From the NCBI GenBank assembly GCA_022711115.1, contig JAKLFP010000005.1:72572-136571 (forward strand): DNA of 64,000 nucleotides, given 5' to 3'. Shown piece by piece: positions 49,022-57,469 of the stretch. Every line of letters begins with the position of its first letter. The first letter of the stretch is position 1. A model generated the notes under the pieces. It made no database searches, was not told where the DNA came from, and saw only the letters and a program-made list of their open reading frames with translations. The stretch is from Candidatus Omnitrophota bacterium (GTDB lineage: Bacteria; Omnitrophota; Omnitrophia; Omnitrophales; Aquincolibacteriaceae). A program made the position numbers and the translations under genes.

Positions 49022-50662
49022 TTGAAAGTTTATTTGATTAACCCGCGTTTTGCGCCCACGATATGGTCTTTCGAAGGTCTGCAGCCGCTGACCGGGACTC
49101 GTTTTTCCACAACTCCGTTGGGCCTTGCCACGGTGGCCGCTCTTACGCCCCCTTCCTGGGACGTGGAAATTGCCGACGAGAATGTTGAAGACATTAATTT
49201 TGAGACGACGGCAGATTTGATTGGAATCAGCGCCTTCAATGTTCAATATCACCGGGCGCTTGAGATTATCGCGGAATTCAAGAAACGAGGAAAGAAGATT
49301 GCGGTGGGTGGGCCCTACAACAGCCTCTTTCCGGAGGCGTTCGAGGGGAAATGTGATTATCGGATTGTGGGAGAAGCTGAGGAGATTTGGCCGGAATTCC
49401 TTCGTGATTTTGAGTTTGGAACTCCGCGGGAGCTTTATAAAGCCAATGGCAAGGTGGATATCCGCAAAAGCCCTGTGCCGCGTTATGACCTTATTCGGGG
49501 AGAACGCTACAACATGTTTTCACTTCAAACAAGCCGCGGATGCCCGTTTAACTGCGAATTTTGCGACATTATCATCATGGATGGCCGCGTCCCGCGTACT
49601 AAGACGATTCCTCAAGTGCTTGCCGAAGTGGATCATTGCGTCAAACAGGGGGCTCATTATATTGTTTTTGGTGATGCAAATTTCATCGGCAATATTCCAT
49701 TCGCGCGAGAACTTCTTAAGGCGCTGGCAGATTACTCAAAAAAGAACAACTACCCGATAGAATTCTCCTGTGAATTAACTATCAATGTGGCGCATCACCC
49801 GGATCTTTTGGAATTGCTCCAGGCCGCGAATTTTTATTCGGTATTTGTTGGGATCGAAACACCGCGCCGTGAAAGTCTCGTGGAATCAGGGAAGATTCAA
49901 AATACGCGTGAAAATATTCTCGAGGATGTTAAGCGCATTCATGCCTATCATATTACGGTGGTGGCTGGAATGATCGTGGGTTTCGATGCGGATGATAAAA
50001 GAATATTCAAAGAACACTACGATTTTCTTCAAGAACTCGGGATTCCTTTCACGACTTGCGGGACGCTTATGGCGCTTCCGAATACGCCGTTGATCAAGAG
50101 GCTTGAAAAAGAAGGGCGTCTCTTGGATCTGGCATGGACGGAAATGAACGGACATGGTTCTTCGGACTGCAATTTTATTCCAAAGAACATGACGCTCGAA
50201 GAACTTCATCAGGGGTACAACTGGCTGAGTCGATGTCTTTATCGCTACGACAGTTACGGAGACCGTTTGGTGACGGCTCTCAACCGCTTCCGAAATCTTA
50301 ATCCCGAACACAAACGAGCGTCTCTGGATTTAAAATTTTCTTATCTTTTGATAAAACTACTAGGTTATTATCTTCTGACTTTCGATTTAGCACGCATGAA
50401 GTTTTTTACAGGGACTTTTTGGCGTGTTGCGAAGGGGGGGCCGTTTTCCGTGAGCAAATGGCTGGAGTTCTTTCGTTGGATTGCGACCCACCGAGCTTTT
50501 CGCCAATACATCATCGAAACTCAGGGCATTCCCGAAGGGCAGGACCCGAATCATCCGCCTTTTGCTGTTGCTGAGGACTTTCTGAAAAGTGATGATTTCA
50601 AAGAGAAGATTTTTCACCCCGAAGAAGTAGAATCAAAATCGGTTTCAACAGCAACTCTCTAA
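49022..50662 (+). CDS. B12-binding domain radical SAM protein (546 aa)
   Basis: (TTG)MKVYLINPRF… is typical of class B rSAM N-termini (…ADLIGISAFNVQYHRALEIIAEFKKRGKKIAVGGP). rSAM motif SRGCPFNCEFCDII. Its stop overlaps the psd ATG by 1 nt (TAATG). Confidence 0.82.
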   Translation: MKVYLINPRFAPTIWSFEGLQPLTGTRFSTTPLGLATVAALTPPSWDVEIADENVEDINFETTADLIGISAFNVQYHRALEIIAEFKKRGKKIAVGGPYNSLFPEAFEGKCDYRIVGEAEEIWPEFLRDFEFGTPRELYKANGKVDIRKSPVPRYDLIRGERYNMFSLQTSRGCPFNCEFCDIIIMDGRVPRTKTIPQVLAEVDHCVKQGAHYIVFGDANFIGNIPFARELLKALADYSKKNNYPIEFSCELTINVAHHPDLLELLQAANFYSVFVGIETPRRESLVESGKIQNTRENILEDVKRIHAYHITVVAGMIVGFDADDKRIFKEHYDFLQELGIPFTTCGTLMALPNTPLIKRLEKEGRLLDLAWTEMNGHGSSDCNFIPKNMTLEELHQGYNWLSRCLYRYDSYGDRLVTALNRFRNLNPEHKRASLDLKFSYLLIKLLGYYLLTFDLARMKFFTGTFWRVAKGGPFSVSKWLEFFRWIATHRAFRQYIIETQGIPEGQDPNHPPFAVAEDFLKSDDFKEKIFHPEEVESKSVSTATL

Positions 50663-51306
50663 TGAATAAAATCCCTCTCGATAAACGAGTTTGGCCAGGG
50701 GTTGTTTTGCTCGGTCTTCTCATGATCGTGCAATTATTTCTGGCTATTCCGTTTGCGACGCCTATCCTTATGGTTCTTTTTTTTGCACATCTCCTTTTTT
50801 TTCGGGACCTGGAGCCGCAAGCCTTGCATGAAGAGGGGCTGCTTTCACCGGCAGATGGCAAGGTAGTGGAGATCAGCGAGATCTTTGAAGATAAATTTCT
50901 TCATGAGCAGGCAGTGCGTATCCGTATTTTCCTTTCGATTTTTAATGTTCACGTAACGCGTTCACCGTTTTCGGGCATTGTGAAATACCAGCAGTATGTC
51001 CGGGGGAAGTTTTTGAATGCTCTCCGGAAGATGTCCTTTGAACATAATGAGTCGAATTGGATCGGCATTGAAAATCATGAAAGGCGAGTCTTGATACGTC
51101 AAATGTCAGGTGCTATTGCACGGCGGATTTATTCCGATGTGGTGGTAGGCCAAGTTGTTGGTCGCGGAGAGAAGCTCGGCATGATTTGTTATGGCTCGGG
51201 GGTAGAAATGTTTGTGGCAAAAAGGTTTTTTGAACCGAGCATCCAAGTAGGGCAACATGTGTCAGTCGGTGCGACCCTTCTTGGCCAATGGATTCGTGAA
51301 GCATAA
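50662..51306 (+). CDS. psd: Phosphatidylserine decarboxylase proenzyme (archaeal-type/short form)
   Basis: FLSIFNVHVTRSPFSGIV and self-cleavage G-S motif (MICYGSGVEMFV). 214 aa. Confidence 0.85.
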   Translation: MNKIPLDKRVWPGVVLLGLLMIVQLFLAIPFATPILMVLFFAHLLFFRDLEPQALHEEGLLSPADGKVVEISEIFEDKFLHEQAVRIRIFLSIFNVHVTRSPFSGIVKYQQYVRGKFLNALRKMSFEHNESNWIGIENHERRVLIRQMSGAIARRIYSDVVVGQVVGRGEKLGMICYGSGVEMFVAKRFFEPSIQVGQHVSVGATLLGQWIREA

Positions 51307-51310
51307 AGCC

Positions 51311-52048
51311 ATGAAAAACCGTTTTTATTTCACAGCAGCAGCATTTCCGAATATGATCACCATGCTCAATCTTATCGCCGGTTTTTTCTCCGTGATCATG
51401 AGTATTCAAGAAAGATACGAGTATGCGGTCTGGCTTGTATTTTTGGCATTGGTGTTGGATTCCCTGGACGGGCATGTGGCACGAATTTTTGGTAATGAAA
51501 CGGAATTCGGACGCGAATTGGATTCTTTGGCCGATACGGTTTCTTTTGTAGTCGCGCCTTGTATTTTTGTCACGAAGGCATTGTTCGGGAATGCTTCTCT
51601 GGTGGTATTGCTAGTGGTTATTGTTTATCTTTGCGCGGGTGTTTTTCGTTTAGCACGTTTTAACGTCAATCCGACTTGTACTGGATGTTTTGAAGGGCTT
51701 CCGACACCCGCTGCAGCACTGACGCTGATGATGACCATGCTGGCTTTTCGAGAGAACCATTGGGTGGAGCATTCTTTTTCGCTTGTCAGTGTGGTGTTTC
51801 TCATGACGGCGCTAGGGTTTCTTATGGTGAGCGATATCCCTTACCCCAAGGTATCAGCGATCAAATTCCGCACTTGGCGGACACTTTTTTTTGTTCAAGT
51901 GGTAGTGTTTGGAACGATTTTTTATCTTTTAAATCTAGAGAGTGCTATTGCAACAATTTTTCTGACGTTTCTTGTTCTTTCTCCTTTTTATTGTGCCCCC
52001 CTAGGAGCAAGCTTTTCATCTGAGGATCAAGAAGGAGATGATGCCTAA
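51311..52048 (+). CDS. pssA: CDP-diacylglycerol--serine O-phosphatidyltransferase (CDP-alcohol phosphatidyltransferase family)
   Basis: DSLDGHVARIFGNETEFGRELDSLADTVSF matches DG(x)2AR(x)8G(x)3D(x)3D. Start at the internal Met just after the psd stop; the track ORF begins at 51257. Confidence 0.85.
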   Translation: MKNRFYFTAAAFPNMITMLNLIAGFFSVIMSIQERYEYAVWLVFLALVLDSLDGHVARIFGNETEFGRELDSLADTVSFVVAPCIFVTKALFGNASLVVLLVVIVYLCAGVFRLARFNVNPTCTGCFEGLPTPAAALTLMMTMLAFRENHWVEHSFSLVSVVFLMTALGFLMVSDIPYPKVSAIKFRTWRTLFFVQVVVFGTIFYLLNLESAIATIFLTFLVLSPFYCAPLGASFSSEDQEGDDA

Positions 52049-52654
52049 ATGTTGCTGGGAGTCTTAACCGGTTTTCTGGGCTCGGCATTAAGCTGGCAGA
52101 TTAATCTGATTGCTATCCAGCGTGGTTTGCAGCGGGGACGAGTGGCGGCATTTCTGGTTGGTTGCGGTGCCGTGACGGCAGATATGATTTTCCTCTGGGT
52201 CGCTTTCACCGGAGCGAAACCCCTTCTCAATCATCCGGAATGGTGGCGAAATATTCGGTGGCTGGGGATTGCAGTGCTGCTCTTTTTGGCAGCCAGACTT
52301 TTAGTGAGGCATGGTCGCCCGCGTAGGCAGGATGAAGAGGTCAATAAACGAAATCCGAGCAAAAATTTCCTTGTAGGATTTCTTGTGGTGGGCACTAATC
52401 CTGCCGTGTTGCTTATATGGGCAGGGGTGATCAGCTTTTTGCTTTCTCAGTTTCCTGAAGCGCGGCAACCTTTTTTTAAGGAATTTTTTCTTTCCGGTTT
52501 TTTAATCGGAGCTTTGGGTTGGTTTTTCCCACTCACTTTTGTTTTTCTTGAAAAGTTGGAGGGATGGAGCAAGAAGAATCATGAATTGCTTTCAAGGGTT
52601 TCTGCATCTGCGCTTATCTTGGTTGCGTTTTATCTCATGTTCCAAAAATGCTAG
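52049..52654 (+). CDS. LysE/RhtB-family translocator
   Basis: Six TM helices (LysE-type layout); N-terminus MLLGVLTGFLGSALS…. ATG immediately follows the pssA stop. Confidence 0.7.
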   Translation: MLLGVLTGFLGSALSWQINLIAIQRGLQRGRVAAFLVGCGAVTADMIFLWVAFTGAKPLLNHPEWWRNIRWLGIAVLLFLAARLLVRHGRPRRQDEEVNKRNPSKNFLVGFLVVGTNPAVLLIWAGVISFLLSQFPEARQPFFKEFFLSGFLIGALGWFFPLTFVFLEKLEGWSKKNHELLSRVSASALILVAFYLMFQKC

Positions 52655-52857
52655 GGAAAATGGGGCTATGGCTATATAAAACAATATTAAATTTCAGTTG
52701 TTGCTATGTTTTTTAACTTTTGATATATTATCCATGTTTCCTCCCGGTCTTCATGAACTTGAACTATTTTTTTAGTTGTAATTATTTTCTTTATTTAATT
52801 TTACCGTTCATGAACCAATAAGAGTGTTTTTAAAATGTTCTAAAAAGGATCGGGAAA

Positions 52858-53901
52858 ATGTCCTCGTTTTTTCGCAAAAAGAAACAAACAAAAGAAAAAG
52901 AGAATCAGAAAAAAGAACCAAAACCAACCCTTGAAAAAAGAGCTGATGCAGCCCATAAGGCTGCGGTTCGATATCCTAAGCGGGTCCCCGTCACAGAAAG
53001 AATTGTTCCCGTTCCTTCCAAAGTAAAAGATTCCGAGCAAGTTTCCGAAGTTTCTGCGCAGCCGGAAATTATTTCCAGATCGTTCCAGGAAATGCCTCGC
53101 GAGCTTCCGGATAATTACGGTGATAATCAGGTTTATCTTTTAGTACGGGATCCCTATTGGCTCTATACCTACTGGGAAATTCAAAAAGATCTTCAAGAGG
53201 CAAATCTGGCGAAATTAGGGGGCAGTTGGGATGTGGTGGTTTCTGTCTTACGGGTTTATGACGTTACGGATGAGAAAAAGGGAACGCCTTTTTTTGACAT
53301 CCTTCTTCAGAATATGGCCAGGAGCTGGTATGTCAACACCCAACCGAATCGCAGTTATTTTGTGGAAATCGGTCTCCTGCATCGAGATGGCCGCTTTATA
53401 TGCCTTGCGCGTTCAAATCGAGTGACCACGCCTCGATCCGGCATGTCCGAAATCATCGACGAACAATGGATGGGGATTGATTTTGACAAGATGTATGCGC
53501 TTTCGGGTGGTTTTCAGGTAGGTAAGAGTTCGGCTGAACTCAGCAAAATGATGGAGGAGCGTCTGAAAAGCGCTATCAGCTCCGGTTCTGGTGCTGGTGC
53601 TGTTTCGAGTATTTCGAGTCCGGTCAAGATTCAAAAACGCGGTTTTTTCTTCTGGCTGGAATGTGAATTGATCATTTACGGCGGTACGGAACCCGATGCC
53701 AAAGTGACAATGCAGGGAAGACCGGTCAAGCTTCGCCCCGATGGAACTTTTTCTTTTCGCTATGCGCTCCCAGACGGAAGGTTTATTTTTGATTGCCATG
53801 CCGAATCCTCGGACGGTATCGAAGAACGAGTCATCACGCCGGTTGTGAGTCGAAATACCGAAAGGCCCGCGCCTGTTTTTAAGACAGGTAAGAAAAAATA
53901 G
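52858..53901 (+). CDS. DUF4912 domain-containing protein
   Basis: Lys/Glu-rich N-terminus, then YGDNQVYLLVRDPYWLYTYWEI, the hallmark of DUF4912 proteins that accompany GH57 genes. Confidence 0.75.
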   Translation: MSSFFRKKKQTKEKENQKKEPKPTLEKRADAAHKAAVRYPKRVPVTERIVPVPSKVKDSEQVSEVSAQPEIISRSFQEMPRELPDNYGDNQVYLLVRDPYWLYTYWEIQKDLQEANLAKLGGSWDVVVSVLRVYDVTDEKKGTPFFDILLQNMARSWYVNTQPNRSYFVEIGLLHRDGRFICLARSNRVTTPRSGMSEIIDEQWMGIDFDKMYALSGGFQVGKSSAELSKMMEERLKSAISSGSGAGAVSSISSPVKIQKRGFFFWLECELIIYGGTEPDAKVTMQGRPVKLRPDGTFSFRYALPDGRFIFDCHAESSDGIEERVITPVVSRNTERPAPVFKTGKKK

Positions 53902-53903
53902 CG

Positions 53904-55481
53904 ATGGAAAAAGGATTTCTTTCCATAGTACTTCACGCGCATCTCCCTTTTGTTCGTCATCCTGAGCACGAATTTTTCCTCGAAGAAACCTGGCTTTACG
54001 AAGCAATCACGGAAACTTACATCCCTCTCATTCACATGTTTGAAGCCCTTGAGAGGGATCATGTGCCGTGGCGTCTGACGATGTCGCTTACGCCTTCGCT
54101 TATGTCGATGCTTCGGGACCCGCTTTTGCAGGATCGTTATCTCAATCATCTGAACAAGCTTATTGAACTGGCTAATAAAGAAATCGAAAGAACTCGCTTC
54201 CAGCCGCAGTTCCATGAAACAGCACTTCATTATTATTGGGAATTCACACGGGCGAAGGATACGTTTCTGAACCGTTGGGGGAAAGATATCACGCAGGCTT
54301 TCCGAAAGTTTCAGGACCATGGCCATTTGGAGATCATTACTTGTGCGGCAACGCATGGGTTCTTGCCTTTAATCAGCCGCAACGAGGGAACTGTTCGCGG
54401 GCAGATCAAAACAGCCGTGGAACTTTATGAAAAAGTCCTCGGTCGTCGTCCCGTTGGAATATGGCTCCCGGAGTGCGGCTATTATGCGGGTGTAGATAAA
54501 TACTTAAAAGAACAGGGGATCCGTTATTTCCTGACCGATACGCACGGTATTTTGCATGCATCCCCGCGTCCGAAGTTCGGTGTTTTTGCGCCGATCTTTT
54601 GTCCGAGTGGTGTGGCAGCTTTCGGTCGCGATGTGGAATCCTCGAAACAGGTGTGGTCGGCTATTGAAGGATATCCAGGCGATCCGGATTATCGGGAGTT
54701 TTACCGCGACATCGGTTTTGAATTGGATTTTGATTATATCCGTCCTTACATCTCTCCGGACGGTTTGCGTGTGAATACGGGTATTAAATACCAGCGTATT
54801 ACCGGAAATACACATGACAAACAGCCTTATGTCCGTGCGTGGGCCATGGAAAAAGCGGCCAGCCATGCCGGCAACTTCATGTTTAATCGGGAAAAACAAG
54901 TGGAATATCTTTATGATTTTATGGGCCGTAAGCCGCTGATTGTGGCACCCTATGATGCGGAACTTTATGGGCATTGGTGGTACGAGGGACCCGAATTTTT
55001 GAATTTTTTTGTACGAAAAATGGCCTTTGACCAGAAAACGGTTCGCCTTATCGCACCCTCGGATTATTTTAAGGAATATCCGGTCAATCAGGTTTCAACG
55101 CCGTGTTTTTCAAGTTGGGGTTGGAAAGGGTATAGCGAGACTTGGTTATCGGGTGCGAACGATTGGATTTATCGTCATTTGCACAAGGCTTCGCTGCGTA
55201 TGACAGAGATGACACACAAGTTCCGCGGTCAAAATGGAGTTGTCGCACAAGCCTTGAAACAAGCCGCGCGGGAGCTTTTCCTTGCGCAGTCAAGCGACTG
55301 GGCGTTTATTATGCATACAGGAACCATGGTGCCTTATGCCGTCAAACGGACCAAAGACCATCTGCTCAATTTTACGAAAATCTATGAGGATCTTATGAAC
55401 AATCGTCTGGATGAGGGCTGGTTGAGGGAGATTGAAGGGAAGAATAATATTTTCCCGGATGTGGATTACGAAGTTTTTTGA
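53904..55481 (+). CDS. GH57-family 1,4-alpha-glucan branching enzyme
   Basis: FLSIVLHAHLPFVRHPEHEFFLEETWLYEAITETYIPL, catalytic-region WLPECGYY, C-terminal helical domain (DUF1957-like). Confidence 0.88.
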   Translation: MEKGFLSIVLHAHLPFVRHPEHEFFLEETWLYEAITETYIPLIHMFEALERDHVPWRLTMSLTPSLMSMLRDPLLQDRYLNHLNKLIELANKEIERTRFQPQFHETALHYYWEFTRAKDTFLNRWGKDITQAFRKFQDHGHLEIITCAATHGFLPLISRNEGTVRGQIKTAVELYEKVLGRRPVGIWLPECGYYAGVDKYLKEQGIRYFLTDTHGILHASPRPKFGVFAPIFCPSGVAAFGRDVESSKQVWSAIEGYPGDPDYREFYRDIGFELDFDYIRPYISPDGLRVNTGIKYQRITGNTHDKQPYVRAWAMEKAASHAGNFMFNREKQVEYLYDFMGRKPLIVAPYDAELYGHWWYEGPEFLNFFVRKMAFDQKTVRLIAPSDYFKEYPVNQVSTPCFSSWGWKGYSETWLSGANDWIYRHLHKASLRMTEMTHKFRGQNGVVAQALKQAARELFLAQSSDWAFIMHTGTMVPYAVKRTKDHLLNFTKIYEDLMNNRLDEGWLREIEGKNNIFPDVDYEVF

Positions 55482-55519
55482 TCTTATGAACCTAATCATT
55501 TAAAGGAAAGGGATTTTTC

Positions 55520-55732
55520 ATGCAAGAACAATATTATGGTATTGGTGAAACGGCAGGCAAGATTTACAAATTTCTCGAGCTCAAAGGCGAACAAACCTTA
55601 GCGAAGGCTGAAAAGGAGATTGGTGTGGAATCTGATCTTTTTAATCAAGCGATCGGCTGGCTGGCCCGGGAAAATAACATCAATTTCAGCAAAATTGGTA
55701 AGAACGTTAAGATTTCATTGCTCAAAGATTAA
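55520..55732 (+). CDS. Small winged-helix domain protein (DUF2582-like)
   Basis: 70 aa, YGIGETAGKIYKFLELKGEQTLAKAEKEIGVESDLFNQAIGWLARENNI. Good RBS GGAAAGGG. It is embedded in the glycogen cluster. Confidence 0.65.
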   Translation: MQEQYYGIGETAGKIYKFLELKGEQTLAKAEKEIGVESDLFNQAIGWLARENNINFSKIGKNVKISLLKD

Positions 55733-55757
55733 TTATTGCTCTGACGCCAGAACCTTT

Positions 55758-55803
55758 CAAAGGCGTGGAGCGGCGAAGCCGCTTCACGCCTTTGTTGTTT
55801 TTG
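55758..55803 (+). terminator. Rho-independent terminator after the wHTH gene
   Basis: AAAGGCGTGGAGCGGC-gaa-GCCGCTTCACGCCTTT (one G·U) followed by GTTGTTTTT. Confidence 0.7.
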
Positions 55804-55911
55804 AATAGAAAAGACGGTCCAAGGGGTTTCATTAAGAAAAGAATTTTAAAACCGATACTATATTATAGTTTAAGCACTATATTTTGATAAATTCTTTTGA
55901 AAGAAAGAACT

Positions 55912-57387
55912 ATGCGTAAATACCCTCATCTTTTAGAGTTAAATGCTTTTTTCTTTATTTCTCGGATGTCGGAGAAATATGGGCGGAAACTCACGCTTGC
56001 TACTGTTCCCAATGACGAATGGAAATCCCTTGGCGACCAAGGGTTTGATTACCTTTGGCTCATGGGCGTTTGGAAACGGAGTCCTGGTTCTCGATCACAT
56101 GCGTTAAAGGAACCCAACCTTTGTCATGCATATGATCTGATACTTCCTGATTGGAAAAGAGAGGATGTGACCGGCTCACCCTATGCGATTTTCAGCTATG
56201 AGTTAGATCCGTATTTGGGAAGGGAAGAAGAACTTTTGCAGCTTAAAATGAAGCTGAATGGCATGGGGATTGGGCTTATTCTGGATTTTGTACCGAACCA
56301 TTTGGCTTTTGATCATCCCTGGACCGTCCAGCATCCTGAGCGCTTTGTCTCATGTAAGCCGGAAACCTTGAAAGTACATCCCGAATGGTCTTTTATCACT
56401 CTTGAAGGGAAAAAACTTGCGCATGGCCGTGATCCTTATTTTGCACCGTGGATCGATACGGTGCAGGTCAATTTCTGGTCTGAAGCACTGCGGCATGCTT
56501 GGCTGGAGGTACTTCTCAAAATTGCTAGGGTTGCGGATGGAGTTCGTTGTGATATGGCCATGCTAGGGCTCAATGATATCTTTCAACAGGTGTGGGGTGA
56601 CCATATTCAAACCGTCCGTGCTGAGACGGAGTTCTGGGCCGAAGTGATTCCAGAGGTTAAAAAAGCATCGCCCAGCTTTATTTTTATCGCCGAAGTCTAT
56701 TGGGATTTGGACTGGACACTGCAGCAACTCGGGTTTGATTTTACCTATGACAAGCGGCTCTACGACCGACTGTTTTATGATTCGCCGCTTTCAGTGCGAG
56801 ACCATCTGAAAGCCGAGCCGGTTTATCGGGATAAATGTTTGCGGTTTATCGAGAACCATGATGAGGAACGTGCCCCCGTAAGTTTTGGTAAGAAAAAATC
56901 TCAGGCTGCCGGCATTGTCATGGCCACCATCCCGGGTCTTCGGTTTTTCCATGAAGGTCAAATGGAAGGCCGGCGGATACGTACGCCTGTCCATTTGCGG
57001 CGCGAACCCAAAGAATCCGTGGATTCCGAAACGGCAAGTATTTACCGGAAACTTTTTAAATTTATCCAAAACCCTATCACCCATGAAGGAGACTGGACTT
57101 TTCTCGCTAGCTATCCCGCATGGGAAAAGAGCCAGACGTATTTGGGAATCATGGCTTGGGCTTGGGTTCATGGTCAAAACTGCAAGCTGGTTATTATCAA
57201 TTATTCCATGCTACGCACCCAGGGCATCATCCATCTTCCGGAATTTTTGACTCGGAGATTTTTTGTCCAATTTCACGATGCCCTAACGGATAAAATATAT
57301 GACAGGACAGGCGAGGAGCTTTTTCAGAAGGGGCTTTACGTAGATCTCCAGCCGTGGCAGGCACATCTCTTTGATGTTGTCACGTAA
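55912..57387 (+). CDS. Alpha-amylase family (GH13) glycoside hydrolase
   Basis: LILDFVPNHLAFDHPW (GH13 region II-like), GVRCDMAMLGLN, ENHDEERA. The TTG at 55897 is the alternative start used in the track. Confidence 0.8.
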   Translation: MRKYPHLLELNAFFFISRMSEKYGRKLTLATVPNDEWKSLGDQGFDYLWLMGVWKRSPGSRSHALKEPNLCHAYDLILPDWKREDVTGSPYAIFSYELDPYLGREEELLQLKMKLNGMGIGLILDFVPNHLAFDHPWTVQHPERFVSCKPETLKVHPEWSFITLEGKKLAHGRDPYFAPWIDTVQVNFWSEALRHAWLEVLLKIARVADGVRCDMAMLGLNDIFQQVWGDHIQTVRAETEFWAEVIPEVKKASPSFIFIAEVYWDLDWTLQQLGFDFTYDKRLYDRLFYDSPLSVRDHLKAEPVYRDKCLRFIENHDEERAPVSFGKKKSQAAGIVMATIPGLRFFHEGQMEGRRIRTPVHLRREPKESVDSETASIYRKLFKFIQNPITHEGDWTFLASYPAWEKSQTYLGIMAWAWVHGQNCKLVIINYSMLRTQGIIHLPEFLTRRFFVQFHDALTDKIYDRTGEELFQKGLYVDLQPWQAHLFDVVT

Positions 57388-57469
57388 ATCCATGCTTGGA
57401 AGGGAAGTCATTATCTGCTAAACTATAAAATCAAAATACATTTATTATCAAAATAGATCAGGAGCTCGG

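Noticed and set aside
53413-54356. 197- and 198-aa minus-strand ORFs
   Set aside because: Antisense to the DUF4912 and GH57 genes.
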